Below, piece by piece: positions 1-8,689 of a stretch of 64,000 nucleotides of DNA (its first letter is position 1; every line of letters begins with the position of its first letter). A program made the position numbers and the translations under genes. The notes below the pieces were generated by a model. That model had not been told where the DNA came from and searched no databases. It saw only the letters and a list, made by a program, of their open reading frames with translations. Source of the DNA: Acidimicrobiales bacterium (GTDB taxonomy: Bacteria > Actinomycetota > Acidimicrobiia > Acidimicrobiales > RAAP-2); NCBI GenBank assembly GCA_036489715.1, contig DASXFG010000063.1, forward strand, positions 2,272 through 66,271, written 5' to 3'.

Positions 1-534
1 GGCGGCCTTCTTTGCCACCCGCGCAGCAAGGTAGGCGTCGACGCTCAAGCGCGAGCCCGCTCCGGCGATGATAAAGGGCATCCAGGCGAAGAGAAAGACG
101 ATGTCCGCCCCCGTGAAGTACGGCGACGCGTGGAAGCTCACGGTCAGAAAGAGCAGGAACGAGGTCAAGAGTCCACCCACGGCCGCGATGCGAGTCCACA
201 GCCCGAACAGCGTTCCCAAGCCCACCGCGATTTCGCCAAACGCGATCACCAGCCCGATGGGCTTGGCCGCTCCCACCAGGTGCACCAACAGACCCGAGAT
301 CGGACTGGTGTGGGTGGAGGCGAGCAGTTGTGACTGAATCGAGATCGGGCTCGCCTTCTTAAAGAAGTTCGGGTTGGCGAGCTTTTCGAGTCCGGCGTAC
401 GTGAACGTCGCGCCAATGAACAGTCGCAGGGGCAAAAGGGCCCACTCGCTCAACGCCCACGCCCGCACGGGAGCACCCAGGGGAAGGCGACGCTCGGGGC
501 CGCGCTCTTCGGGTTCGGAGTTGGTGTACGTCAC
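1..534 (-). CDS. DoxX/DoxD-family membrane protein (3' end runs off the window)
   Basis: Hand translation of minus strand from GTG at 534 (in-frame TGA just upstream at 547-549): VTYTNSEPEERG..LPLRLFIGATFTYAGLEKLANPNFF..GLVIAFGEIAVGLGTLFGLWTRIAAVGG..; frame stays open to position 1. Missing from ORF track because no stop lies in the window. Confidence 0.6.
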   Translation of the reverse strand, partial: MTYTNSEPEERGPERRLPLGAPVRAWALSEWALLPLRLFIGATFTYAGLEKLANPNFFKKASPISIQSQLLASTHTSPISGLLVHLVGAAKPIGLVIAFGEIAVGLGTLFGLWTRIAAVGGLLTSFLLFLTVSFHASPYFTGADIVFLFAWMPFIIAGAGSRLSVDAYLAARVAKKAA

Positions 535-610
535 GTTCCCATGCTCTCACAGGATTTCTGGAGAGCTTTTCGCGTCCCGTCAGTCTTAGCAATCTCTTAT
601 CTAGATAACT

Positions 611-1297
611 ATGGAGGCCATGAGCGCGACGATCGTGTCCTTCCTTCTCACCAAGATCCAGGACCTGCCCTCGATCCTCGTCTACGTGCTAGTTGCCGTC
701 CTCGTCTTTGGCGAAGCGGCGCTCTTTGTGGGATTCGTGCTGCCCGGCGAAACCGCGGTCATCGTGGCGGGCGTGGTGGCCGCTCGCGGCCAGGTAAACA
801 TCGTGGCGCTCTGCGTGATCGTGGTGCTCTCGGCGATCCTTGGCGACAGCGTCGGCTACTTCGTGGGCGAACGCTACGGAAAGCGGCTCGTGGGTTCGCC
901 ACTCCTCGCATCGCGCCGCGCCGGATTCGATCGGGCCCTCGAAGGGCTGACGCGCCGGGGCGCGACCTACGTTTTTGTCGGCCGCTTCACCGCGTTCTTG
1001 CGCGCGGTCATCCCCTCGCTCGCGGGCATGAGCAAACTTCGCTACCGGCGCTTCCTGGCGGCCAACGCCGCCGGCGCTCTGGTGTGGGGCGTGCTCTACG
1101 CGCTGCTCGGCTACTACGCCGGCCACGCCCTGGACGCCATCGAAAAGTACTCGGGATGGGGCGCAACGGGCCTGTTGGCCCTCGTCGTCATCGTCGTGGT
1201 CGTTGTGCACCTGCGACGCCGTCGCCGCGACGCCAAAGAGAAACTCGAACGGCGCAACGAGCCGCCCGGAACTGACTCAGCGCAAGACCTCGAGTAA
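611..1297 (+). CDS. DedA / VTT (SNARE-associated) family membrane protein
   Basis: 228 aa ORF; GEAALFVGFVLPGETAVIVAG and LGDSVGYFVGERYG motifs typical of DedA; several hydrophobic helices. Confidence 0.7.
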   Translation: MEAMSATIVSFLLTKIQDLPSILVYVLVAVLVFGEAALFVGFVLPGETAVIVAGVVAARGQVNIVALCVIVVLSAILGDSVGYFVGERYGKRLVGSPLLASRRAGFDRALEGLTRRGATYVFVGRFTAFLRAVIPSLAGMSKLRYRRFLAANAAGALVWGVLYALLGYYAGHALDAIEKYSGWGATGLLALVVIVVVVVHLRRRRRDAKEKLERRNEPPGTDSAQDLE

Positions 1298-2158
1298 CTC
1301 TTCGGGCGCGTGCACGCGCCACTCACCGGCGTGGCGCACGATCAGACCCGGGCCCACCGCGGTGGGGCCCGAACCGCGCAGCAGCGAGCGCACGTATAAC
1401 TCATCGACCGCGAGGGTCTCGCGCGCCCGAGCCAGGTCCGAAGGGCTGAGATCCAGGGTGGCGACCGCACTCGAGTTCACGAGGAGGGGGCTTACAGTCT
1501 CATCGGCGCGCAACGCCGCGGTGATGGCGGCGATCTGGGCGTGGGCGAACCCCGCGCTCGAGAGCGCACTACGCCGCCAGGGAGGCGCACCAGCGCCCAA
1601 AAAGCCGTTGGTGACGAGTTCGCGGGGTTGAGAAAAGATGAGGACGCCACTGAGCACATCGCCGAGATACGACACCACGCGTTGCGCGTGGGCGATCACG
1701 CAAGGAATAACCCAGGGCAAGAGCCACGCCTCCTGGCCCGCCCACGACGGCCACACCGCGTCCACGAGGACGGAGGTCACCCCGAGCCCGAGGGAGCGTG
1801 CGAAGACCACGACCTCGCGGTAGCGAACGAGGGCCGACTCGTCGACCTCACCAGGGCGCGGTTCGATGCGCGCCCACTCCAGGGTGAGTCGCACGCCGTC
1901 AAAGCCCAGCTCGGGAACCAAGGCCAAGACGCGCTCGTACTCGTGCCACAGGTCGTCGGCGTCGCCGGGACCGGCGTGTCGACCCAGCGCGATTGTGGGC
2001 GAGTAACAGGTCGCCGGACCACCCGCGATATCCAAGCCGCCCTCAACGGCGTAACCCTCGATCGTTACGAAGAGTCGGGGCCGCTCACTCACGAGCGCCA
2101 GTTTCGCACGGGACGTCATCACTCCGGTCCGATAGCGTTTCGATCGGCGCGAACGCAC
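1277..2158 (-). CDS. Glycoside hydrolase family 1-like protein, short and probably non-catalytic
   Basis: LTLEWARIEP resembles the GH1 FSISWSRI motif and DAVWPSWAG the HWDLP region. The NEP acid/base motif reads SQP. Protein ends at 293 aa before any ITENG nucleophile motif. Alternative start ATG at 2119. Confidence 0.45.
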   Translation of the reverse strand: MRSRRSKRYRTGVMTSRAKLALVSERPRLFVTIEGYAVEGGLDIAGGPATCYSPTIALGRHAGPGDADDLWHEYERVLALVPELGFDGVRLTLEWARIEPRPGEVDESALVRYREVVVFARSLGLGVTSVLVDAVWPSWAGQEAWLLPWVIPCVIAHAQRVVSYLGDVLSGVLIFSQPRELVTNGFLGAGAPPWRRSALSSAGFAHAQIAAITAALRADETVSPLLVNSSAVATLDLSPSDLARARETLAVDELYVRSLLRGSGPTAVGPGLIVRHAGEWRVHAPEELLEVLR

Positions 2159-2181
2159 GAGTCGGGCAACGAGGAGGTCCT

Positions 2182-2946
2182 ATGGCCGAGGAGATCCTGC
2201 GCGAACGGCGCGGACACGTAGAGGTGCTCACGATCAACCGGCCCGAAGTTCGAAACGCCATCAACCGCGCCACCGCCCAAGCGCTGGACCTCGCGCTCGA
2301 CGAGGCCGAGGCGGACGAGGAGGTTTGGGTCGTCGTGCTCACCGCGAGCGGCGACCGAGCTTTTAGTGCCGGCATGGACCTCAAGGCGTTCGCCGCGGGA
2401 GAGATCCCCGCGACCGCCCACGGGTTCGCCGGCATCACCGAGCGCCAGTTCACCAAGCCCCTCATCTGCGCGGCCAACGGCGCCGCGCTCGCGGGAGGCT
2501 TTGAGATCATGATCAGCTGCGACATGGTGGTGGCCGCCGAGCACGCCAAGTTCGGCATTCCCGAAGCGGCGCGCGGCCTGGTCGCGGGGGGCGGGGGCCT
2601 CATTCGCTTGGCCAAGCGCATTCCTCTCGCCATCGCCTACGAGATGGCCCTCAGCGCCGAGCCGATCGACGCGACGCGCGCCCTTTCGCTCGGTCTCGTG
2701 AACGCGGTCGTGCCGGGCGAGCAGGTGCTCGAGAGCGCGCTAGCCCTCGCTGAGCGCGTCGCTCTCAATGCGCCACTGGCGGTGCGCACCTCGAAGGACG
2801 TCATGCGCCGGTCCCTCGAAATGACCGAAGAGCAAGCCTGGAAGCTCAACGCCACGTCCTTCGGGGCCATCGCGGCGAGCGCGGACGCGCTCGAAGGAGC
2901 CATTGCCTTCGCCGAGAAGCGAGCCCCGAACTGGCAGGGAAAGTGA
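2182..2946 (+). CDS. Enoyl-CoA hydratase/isomerase (crotonase) family protein
   Basis: MAEEILRERRGHVEVLTINRPEVRNAIN..FSAGMDLK..ANGAALAGGFE crotonase signatures; ATG at 2182 preceded by GAGGAGG (2171-2177). The ORF-track start at 1993 is an Arg-rich 5' extension. Confidence 0.8.
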   Translation: MAEEILRERRGHVEVLTINRPEVRNAINRATAQALDLALDEAEADEEVWVVVLTASGDRAFSAGMDLKAFAAGEIPATAHGFAGITERQFTKPLICAANGAALAGGFEIMISCDMVVAAEHAKFGIPEAARGLVAGGGGLIRLAKRIPLAIAYEMALSAEPIDATRALSLGLVNAVVPGEQVLESALALAERVALNAPLAVRTSKDVMRRSLEMTEEQAWKLNATSFGAIAASADALEGAIAFAEKRAPNWQGK

Positions 2947-3261
2947 CTAGTGCAGGTGGTAGACGAGCGCAGAGGTGAGAGCGGCGCCCACCACCACGAC
3001 TGGAAACGGCGCGCGCGCCAGCAGTAGCCCGAGCGCGACCGCGAGCCCCGCCAGGCGGTGGTCGATGACAACGTGGGTTTTGACCACGAGCCCCTCCGCC
3101 ATCACCAGAGCGCTGAGTAGGGAGATCGGCACCAGTGCGTTAATGCGCTGGAGGCGGGGATGGGCGAGCCAGCCCTCGGGGATCACGTAACCGAGCAGCT
3201 TGACCAAAAAGCACAGCACGCTCGTCGCGCCGAGCACCGTCCAGGAGGCGGTAACGCTCAT
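2947..3261 (-). CDS. AzlD-like branched-chain amino acid exporter small subunit
   Basis: 104 aa hydrophobic protein from internal ATG 3261 (MSVTASWTVLGATSVLCFLVKLLGY..); ATGA overlap with the stop of the upstream AzlC gene. Confidence 0.6.
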   Translation of the reverse strand: MSVTASWTVLGATSVLCFLVKLLGYVIPEGWLAHPRLQRINALVPISLLSALVMAEGLVVKTHVVIDHRLAGLAVALGLLLARAPFPVVVVGAALTSALVYHLH

Positions 3262-3923
3262 CGCTCGGCCCAGCCAAAGACGAAGGCGACCAGCACGCTG
3301 GCGACAATGGGGATGCCCGCGGGCAGCCAGGGCGTCACCACCAGCGCAAACGCCATCGAGGTAATCGCGACTACGCGCAAAAAGGGGCTGGTAAGCCGCG
3401 GCCAGAGCAGGCCGAGGAACGCGGCGGGCACTGCGGCGTCTAAACCCCAAGAAGCCGGGTCGCCGAGCGCCTGGGCGCCCAGGGCGCCGACGTACGTGAA
3501 GAGGTTCCAAAAGACGAAGACGCCCAAGCCGGTCCACCAAAACCCGGCCCTCATCGCCTCAGTCCCCCGGGGACCCTGGGCGAGCGCGACACCGGTTGAC
3601 TCATCGATGGTGACCTGAGCGGCGGCGATGCGCGTAAGACCCCGCGCACGAAGAAGTGGAGCAATCTGAAGTCCGTAGAGGGTGTTGCGCGTGGAAACGA
3701 GCGTCGCGGTGGCGACGGCACTCGCGACGCTGCCGCCTGCGGCCATCACGCCCACCGCCGCAAACTGGCTGGCCCCGGTGAAGGTGAGCAGGGAAAATAG
3801 GCAGGTCTGGAGCAGAGAAAATCCCGCCGCGATGCTCGCCGCGCCAAAGGCCACCCCGTAGGCGCCCACCGTAAGGGCCACACTCAGCGCGTCGCGGTAG
3901 GTCTGTCGCGGAGCGCCTCTCAT
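3258..3923 (-). CDS. AzlC family branched-chain amino acid permease subunit
   Basis: 221 aa; LLTFTGASQFAAVG and multiple TM segments typical of AzlC; coupled to AzlD. Confidence 0.65.
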   Translation of the reverse strand: MRGAPRQTYRDALSVALTVGAYGVAFGAASIAAGFSLLQTCLFSLLTFTGASQFAAVGVMAAGGSVASAVATATLVSTRNTLYGLQIAPLLRARGLTRIAAAQVTIDESTGVALAQGPRGTEAMRAGFWWTGLGVFVFWNLFTYVGALGAQALGDPASWGLDAAVPAAFLGLLWPRLTSPFLRVVAITSMAFALVVTPWLPAGIPIVASVLVAFVFGWAER

Positions 3924-4016
3924 CCCTCAATACTTGCCGGTCCTGATGAGGACTATCGCCGACGAATGCGATCTAGAGGGCACTACTGTGGACACGGAGC
4001 GACGAAGGAGAAGACC

Positions 4017-4229
4017 GTGATATTTGGAGAGTTCTTAGGTCCCGACCTGATTGTCGTCATCGTGGTGGTGGCGGTGCTGATCTTTGGGGGATCCGCCATC
4101 CCGAAACTCGCTCGCAACCTCGGTAGCGCGAAGAACGAGTTCGAAAAGGGTCTCAAGGAGACCAAAGGCCCCGACGCGACCAACGCGAGCGACACCGCAG
4201 AGTCAAAGGCACCCGAGGCCGACAAGTAG
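4017..4229 (+). CDS. tatA: Twin-arginine translocase subunit TatA/E
   Basis: VIFGEFLGPDLIVVIVVVAVLIFGGSAIPKLARNLGSAKNEFEKG = TatA TM helix plus amphipathic helix; GTG 4017 preceded by GAAGGAG (4004-4010). Confidence 0.8.
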   Translation: MIFGEFLGPDLIVVIVVVAVLIFGGSAIPKLARNLGSAKNEFEKGLKETKGPDATNASDTAESKAPEADK

Positions 4230-4235
4230 TCCCTC

Positions 4236-5501
4236 GTGGACATCGCGGAGTTATCCGATCGCCTCTGGCGAGGCGACGACTTAGGCCAGGGACGCAATCC
4301 ACTTTTCGGCGCGCTCGGTGAGATCAGCGAGATCACCGACGCGGTCGCCTTTCTGCCCAACTTCGCCAACGTCACCGCCGTGTCGAGCGAAGAGGGTCTG
4401 GTGCTCGTCGACACCGGTTCGCCGCTCACCGCCTCGGCCGTGCACGCGGCGATTCGCACCTGGAGCTCGGCTCGACTGCACCGAGCGATCTACTCCCACG
4501 GGCACATCGATCACGTCTTTGGGGTGGGCCCCTTCGAACTCGAAGCCCGCGACAAGGGTTGGCCGGCGCCGCGCGTGCTCGCCCACCGGCATCTGCCCCG
4601 CCGCTTCGACCGCTACCAACTGACCGCGGGCTACAACGAGATCATCAATCAACGCCAGTTCGCCGCACCCAACCTGCGTTGGCCGCGCGACTATCGCTAT
4701 CCCGATGAGACCTACGAGTTCGAGCACGAGTTCTACGCGGGCAACACGCTGGTGCGACTGCGCCACGAGAAGGGCGAAACCGACGACGCCACGGTCACCT
4801 GGTTTCCCGACTCGCGGGTGCTGTGCTCGGGTGATCTCTTTATCTGGAACAGCCCGAACGCCGGCAACCCCCAAAAAGTGCAGCGCTATCCCCTCGAGTG
4901 GGCCCAGGCGCTTCGCCGCATGAGTGATCTCAACGCTGAATTCCTCCTTCCCGGACACGGACTGCCGATCTTTGGGTCGGCGCGCATCAACCAGGCCCTC
5001 ACTGAGACGGCCGAGTACCTCGAAAGCCTCGTCGAGCAGACCCTCGGTTTGATGAACGAAGGAGCCCGTTTGGCCGACGTGATCTCGAACGTGCACGTCC
5101 CAGAACATCTCTCGGATCGTCCGTACCTGCAGCCCTTCTACGATGAGCCGGAGTTCATCGTGCGCAACATCTGGCGCCTGTACGGAGGGTGGTGGGACGG
5201 TAATCCTGCCCACCTGCGCCCGGCGCACGAACGTGCCCTAGCCCGCGAGCTCGCCGATCTGGCCGGCGGCGCGGAGGCCTTGTGCGCTCGCGCCCAGGCG
5301 CTCCTCGAAGAAGGCTCTGACGAGGGATTTCGACTTGCGGGTCACCTCGCAGAGATGGCGTGGCTGGCCGAACCCACGAACGAGGACGTTCAACTCCATC
5401 GCCAGCGTGTCTACGAAGAACTCGCCGCGCGCGCGACCTCGACGATGTCACGCGGCGTCTTTGGTTGGGCCGCGCGCGAGTCGGCTCCTCACGAGTCGTA
5501 A
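4236..5501 (+). CDS. MBL-fold hydrolase, alkyl/aryl-sulfatase-like, with dimerisation domain but no C-terminal SCP2 domain
   Basis: HGHIDHVFG metallo-beta-lactamase motif; RLYGGWWDGNPAHLRP resembles the alkyl-sulfatase dimerisation-domain motif (YLGWFDGNPANL); 421 aa, shorter than SdsA1-type enzymes. Confidence 0.6.
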   Translation: MDIAELSDRLWRGDDLGQGRNPLFGALGEISEITDAVAFLPNFANVTAVSSEEGLVLVDTGSPLTASAVHAAIRTWSSARLHRAIYSHGHIDHVFGVGPFELEARDKGWPAPRVLAHRHLPRRFDRYQLTAGYNEIINQRQFAAPNLRWPRDYRYPDETYEFEHEFYAGNTLVRLRHEKGETDDATVTWFPDSRVLCSGDLFIWNSPNAGNPQKVQRYPLEWAQALRRMSDLNAEFLLPGHGLPIFGSARINQALTETAEYLESLVEQTLGLMNEGARLADVISNVHVPEHLSDRPYLQPFYDEPEFIVRNIWRLYGGWWDGNPAHLRPAHERALARELADLAGGAEALCARAQALLEEGSDEGFRLAGHLAEMAWLAEPTNEDVQLHRQRVYEELAARATSTMSRGVFGWAARESAPHES

Positions 5502-5566
5502 GCCTCGCATAAGGGCTGTTGTGCACTGCTTTCCTGAGTGCCAGCCCGATGAGGTCTCATTAAATA

Positions 5567-6454
5567 ATGAGTAAGGTTTTCAGAGTGGAACCACCTGCCC
5601 TGCCCCCTCAGGGAGACCCGGGTCGCGGCCGCCGTTGGCGTCGCGTGCGCCGTCTCGCCGCGCTGCCCCTAGCGGCACTCGTGCTGGCCGGCTGCAACGA
5701 CCGCATTCCCACGAAGGACGGCATTCCGACCCTCGGAGCCGAGCCCGGAGCGACCACGTCGTCGCACTCGGCCTTCGATCTCTGGCAGGGATTCACGATC
5801 GGGGCCATGATCATTGGCTTTCTCGTCACGTTCCTCATCATCTGGGCGGTCTTTCGCTACCGGCGCCGGGGAGACACGATTCCGCGCCAAACCCAGTACC
5901 ACCTGCCTCTGGAGTTCACCTACACGATCATTCCGATCCTGATCGTGCTGGGTCTCTTCGCCGCGACACTGGTCGTTGAAAACAAGGAAGTCGCGAACCC
6001 CAAGACCAATGTCGTCATCGACGTGAACGCCTTCCAGTGGGGATGGAAGTTCACCTACCCCGGACACGACGTGGTGGTGGTGGGCCAGACCACTCAGGAC
6101 CCGGAGATGGTCATGCCGGTGAACGAAAACGTTCACATCAACCTCACCTCCTCGGACGTGATTCACGGCTTCTACGTGAACGCCTTTAACTTCTCTCGGT
6201 ACGCGCTGCCGGGGGTCTTGAACCAGTTCACGTTTCGCGCGGTCACCACGGGCACCTACGACGGGCAGTGCACGCAGCTCTGCGGCCTCTATCACTCCCT
6301 CATGTGGTTTCGCGTGAAGGTCGTCTCCGACAGCGACTACGCCGCCTGGCTCGCAGCCAACGCCAACGCCGCCAACACCGCAGCGGGCCAGAGCGCGACC
6401 AATCAGCAGACCTCGTCCATCGTGCCCACCAAGCCGACCATAGGAAACAGCTAA
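5567..6454 (+). CDS. ctaC: Cytochrome c oxidase (aa3) subunit II
   Basis: CuA site HGFYV..CTQLCGLYHSLM; LVLAGC lipobox-like signal end; two TM helices; no heme c domain. Confidence 0.85.
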   Translation: MSKVFRVEPPALPPQGDPGRGRRWRRVRRLAALPLAALVLAGCNDRIPTKDGIPTLGAEPGATTSSHSAFDLWQGFTIGAMIIGFLVTFLIIWAVFRYRRRGDTIPRQTQYHLPLEFTYTIIPILIVLGLFAATLVVENKEVANPKTNVVIDVNAFQWGWKFTYPGHDVVVVGQTTQDPEMVMPVNENVHINLTSSDVIHGFYVNAFNFSRYALPGVLNQFTFRAVTTGTYDGQCTQLCGLYHSLMWFRVKVVSDSDYAAWLAANANAANTAAGQSATNQQTSSIVPTKPTIGNS

Positions 6455-8175
6455 TGACGACCGAAGCCCTCATCCCCGGCGCCACGATCGCCAACCCCCA
6501 CCTCGTGATCGACACTCCCGCGTCCCACCACGAGGACCACGGTCCGAGCGGCATCTTGAAGTGGATGACCTCCACCGACCACAAGGTGATCGGTCTGTCC
6601 TACACCGTGACCTCAGTCATCATGATGGTGATCGGCGGATCGTTCGCCGAGCTCATCCGCGCCCAACTCTGGTCGCCGAACAACAATCTGGTCTCCTTGG
6701 CGCAGTTCAACGAACTCTTCACCATGCACGGTTCGGTGATGATCTATCTCTTCGTGGGGCCCTTCGCCTTTGGCGCGCTGGCCAACATCATCGTGCCGAT
6801 TCAAATTGGCGCTCCCGACATGGCCTTTCCACGACTCAACGCCTTGAGCTACTGGCTGTACCTGACTGGTTCGATCACCATGCTCTCGGGGTTCTTCGTC
6901 GCGGGCGGAGCGGCCAACTTCGGCTGGGTGGGCTATGCGCCGCTCTCCAACTCGGTGAATACCCCCGGTGCCGGTGCCGACCTGTGGATCGCCGGCCTGC
7001 TGCTCACCGGGTTCTCGGCGATCTTCACCGGCGTCAACCTCACGGCCACGATCTTCTACCTGCGCGCCCCGGGCATGACGCTGTTTCGGATGCCGATTTT
7101 CACTTGGAACCTGCTGATTACCGCCATCCTCATCCTGCTCGCCTTTCCGGTACTCACCGCGGGGCTCATCATGCTCTACTGCGACCGGCACTTCGGCACG
7201 CACGTTTTCTCCGTCGCCGGCGGAGGAGTCCCGGTGTTGTGGCAAAACATCTTCTGGTTCTGGGGGCATCCCGAGGTCTATATCTTGGCCCTGCCGATGT
7301 TCGGCATGGTGACCGAGGTGATCGCAGTCTTCTCCAAGAAGCCGGTCTTTGGCTACAAGGGCATGATCTTTGCCACGATCACCATCGGGGCGCTCTCACT
7401 GGGCGTGTGGGCGCACCACATGTTCACCACCGGCACCGTGTTGCTGCCGTTCTTTTCCATCATGAGCCTGCTCATCGCGGTACCGACGGGCATCAAGATG
7501 TTCAACTGGATCGGCACGATGTGGCGAGGGCAAGTCTGGTTCACCACAGCGATGTTGATGTCGTTGGGATTCTTGTTTACGTTCCTCGTCGGCGGCATCA
7601 CCGGCATCTATCTGGCCAGCCCGCCGCTCGACTTCTTCACCCACGACACGTACTTCGTCGTCGCGCACTTCCACTCGGTGGTGATGGCGCTGGTAATGGG
7701 CGCGATGGCCGGTCTCTACTACTGGGGTCCCAAGATCACGGGGTACCTGCTCAATGACAAGATCGGTCGCGCCCAGTTCTGGTTCTTGTTCATTGGCACT
7801 CAGGTCTTCACCTTCCCCATGTACATCCTGGGACTGTGGGGCATGCCACGGCGCATCGGCGTCTACCCCAACCACCCTTCGTGGAAGGACCTCAACGACG
7901 TGGCCACGCTGGGTGCCATTTTGATTGGCATCTCCACGCTGCTGTTCATGTTCAACATCGTGTACTCGTGGAAGAAGTACCCCGCCGGCGACAATCCCTG
8001 GGACGCGCACACCCTCGAGTGGTTCACCACCTCTCCTCCCCCGCACCACAACTTCTATCGTCTGCCTCAGATCCGCTCCGAGCGACCGACCTGGGACTAC
8101 AACCATCCCGAGCATCACGCGGCCGCCCACGGTCACGCCGGCGAGAAGCTCCTCGAGAACGATCCGGTCGCGTGA
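6454..8175 (+). CDS. ctaD: Cytochrome c oxidase subunit I
   Basis: MTTEAL.. start in a TAATG overlap with the ctaC stop; WFWGHPEVYIL, GMPRR and HFHSVV heme-copper oxidase signatures. Confidence 0.9.
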   Translation: MTTEALIPGATIANPHLVIDTPASHHEDHGPSGILKWMTSTDHKVIGLSYTVTSVIMMVIGGSFAELIRAQLWSPNNNLVSLAQFNELFTMHGSVMIYLFVGPFAFGALANIIVPIQIGAPDMAFPRLNALSYWLYLTGSITMLSGFFVAGGAANFGWVGYAPLSNSVNTPGAGADLWIAGLLLTGFSAIFTGVNLTATIFYLRAPGMTLFRMPIFTWNLLITAILILLAFPVLTAGLIMLYCDRHFGTHVFSVAGGGVPVLWQNIFWFWGHPEVYILALPMFGMVTEVIAVFSKKPVFGYKGMIFATITIGALSLGVWAHHMFTTGTVLLPFFSIMSLLIAVPTGIKMFNWIGTMWRGQVWFTTAMLMSLGFLFTFLVGGITGIYLASPPLDFFTHDTYFVVAHFHSVVMALVMGAMAGLYYWGPKITGYLLNDKIGRAQFWFLFIGTQVFTFPMYILGLWGMPRRIGVYPNHPSWKDLNDVATLGAILIGISTLLFMFNIVYSWKKYPAGDNPWDAHTLEWFTTSPPPHHNFYRLPQIRSERPTWDYNHPEHHAAAHGHAGEKLLENDPVA

Positions 8176-8564
8176 GAAACGAAGCCCGGCTCCTGCTGTG
8201 CCTCGGCACGTTCTTTGGCCTGATGATGGTGGTGTACTGGTTCTGGAGCCACGAGAACGCCGGCAGCGTGATGATGTTCGCGGGCATGCTGCTGTGCTTT
8301 CTGCCGGGTAGCTACTACTTCTTTTGGAGTCGTCGCATGAAGCCGCGAGCCGAAGACGATCCCCACGCCACCCAGGCCTCGGGAGCAGGCGTCGTGGGCA
8401 CGTTCCCGGGTACCTCGATCTGGCCCTTCACCCTCGGCATGGGCGCCTTCTTTGTCGCGCTCGCGCTTGTATTTGGCATCTGGTTACTGGTGCCCGGACT
8501 CGGTCTCGTGTTCTGGGCAGTCATCGGGGGGACGGCAGAAGGTCGTCGGGGTGGTCGCCACTAA
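8172..8564 (+). CDS. ctaF: Cytochrome c oxidase subunit IV (actinobacterial CtaF-like)
   Basis: GTGA overlap with the ctaD stop; about 130 aa, four hydrophobic segments (LLLCLGTFFGLMMVVYWFW.., SIWPFTLGMGAFFVALALVFGIW); position and size fit CtaF. Confidence 0.6.
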   Translation: MRNEARLLLCLGTFFGLMMVVYWFWSHENAGSVMMFAGMLLCFLPGSYYFFWSRRMKPRAEDDPHATQASGAGVVGTFPGTSIWPFTLGMGAFFVALALVFGIWLLVPGLGLVFWAVIGGTAEGRRGGRH

Positions 8565-8689
8565 GGAACGGCCGCGCGCGACTGAGAGCGTCATCAATCT
8601 GGCGCGCGCTACCCACATTTGGCTATGTCGAGGGAATCGTAAACTACCTCTGCTGCGATTGGCAGAGCCCACATGAGGGAGGAGTGCTT

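Noticed and set aside
6561-7757. Same-strand alternative-frame ORFs inside real genes: 398 aa within ctaD, 541-1275 within dedA, 57625-58404 within secY and 5635-5979 within ctaC
   Set aside because: These are Arg/Pro/His-rich out-of-frame readings of membrane-protein genes. The annotated frames carry the family signatures.
8619-8645. Possible sdh operon promoter (TTGGCT ... TAAACT)
   Set aside because: The spacer is only 15 nt by my count, which is sub-optimal. It is not strong enough to report as a feature without TSS data.
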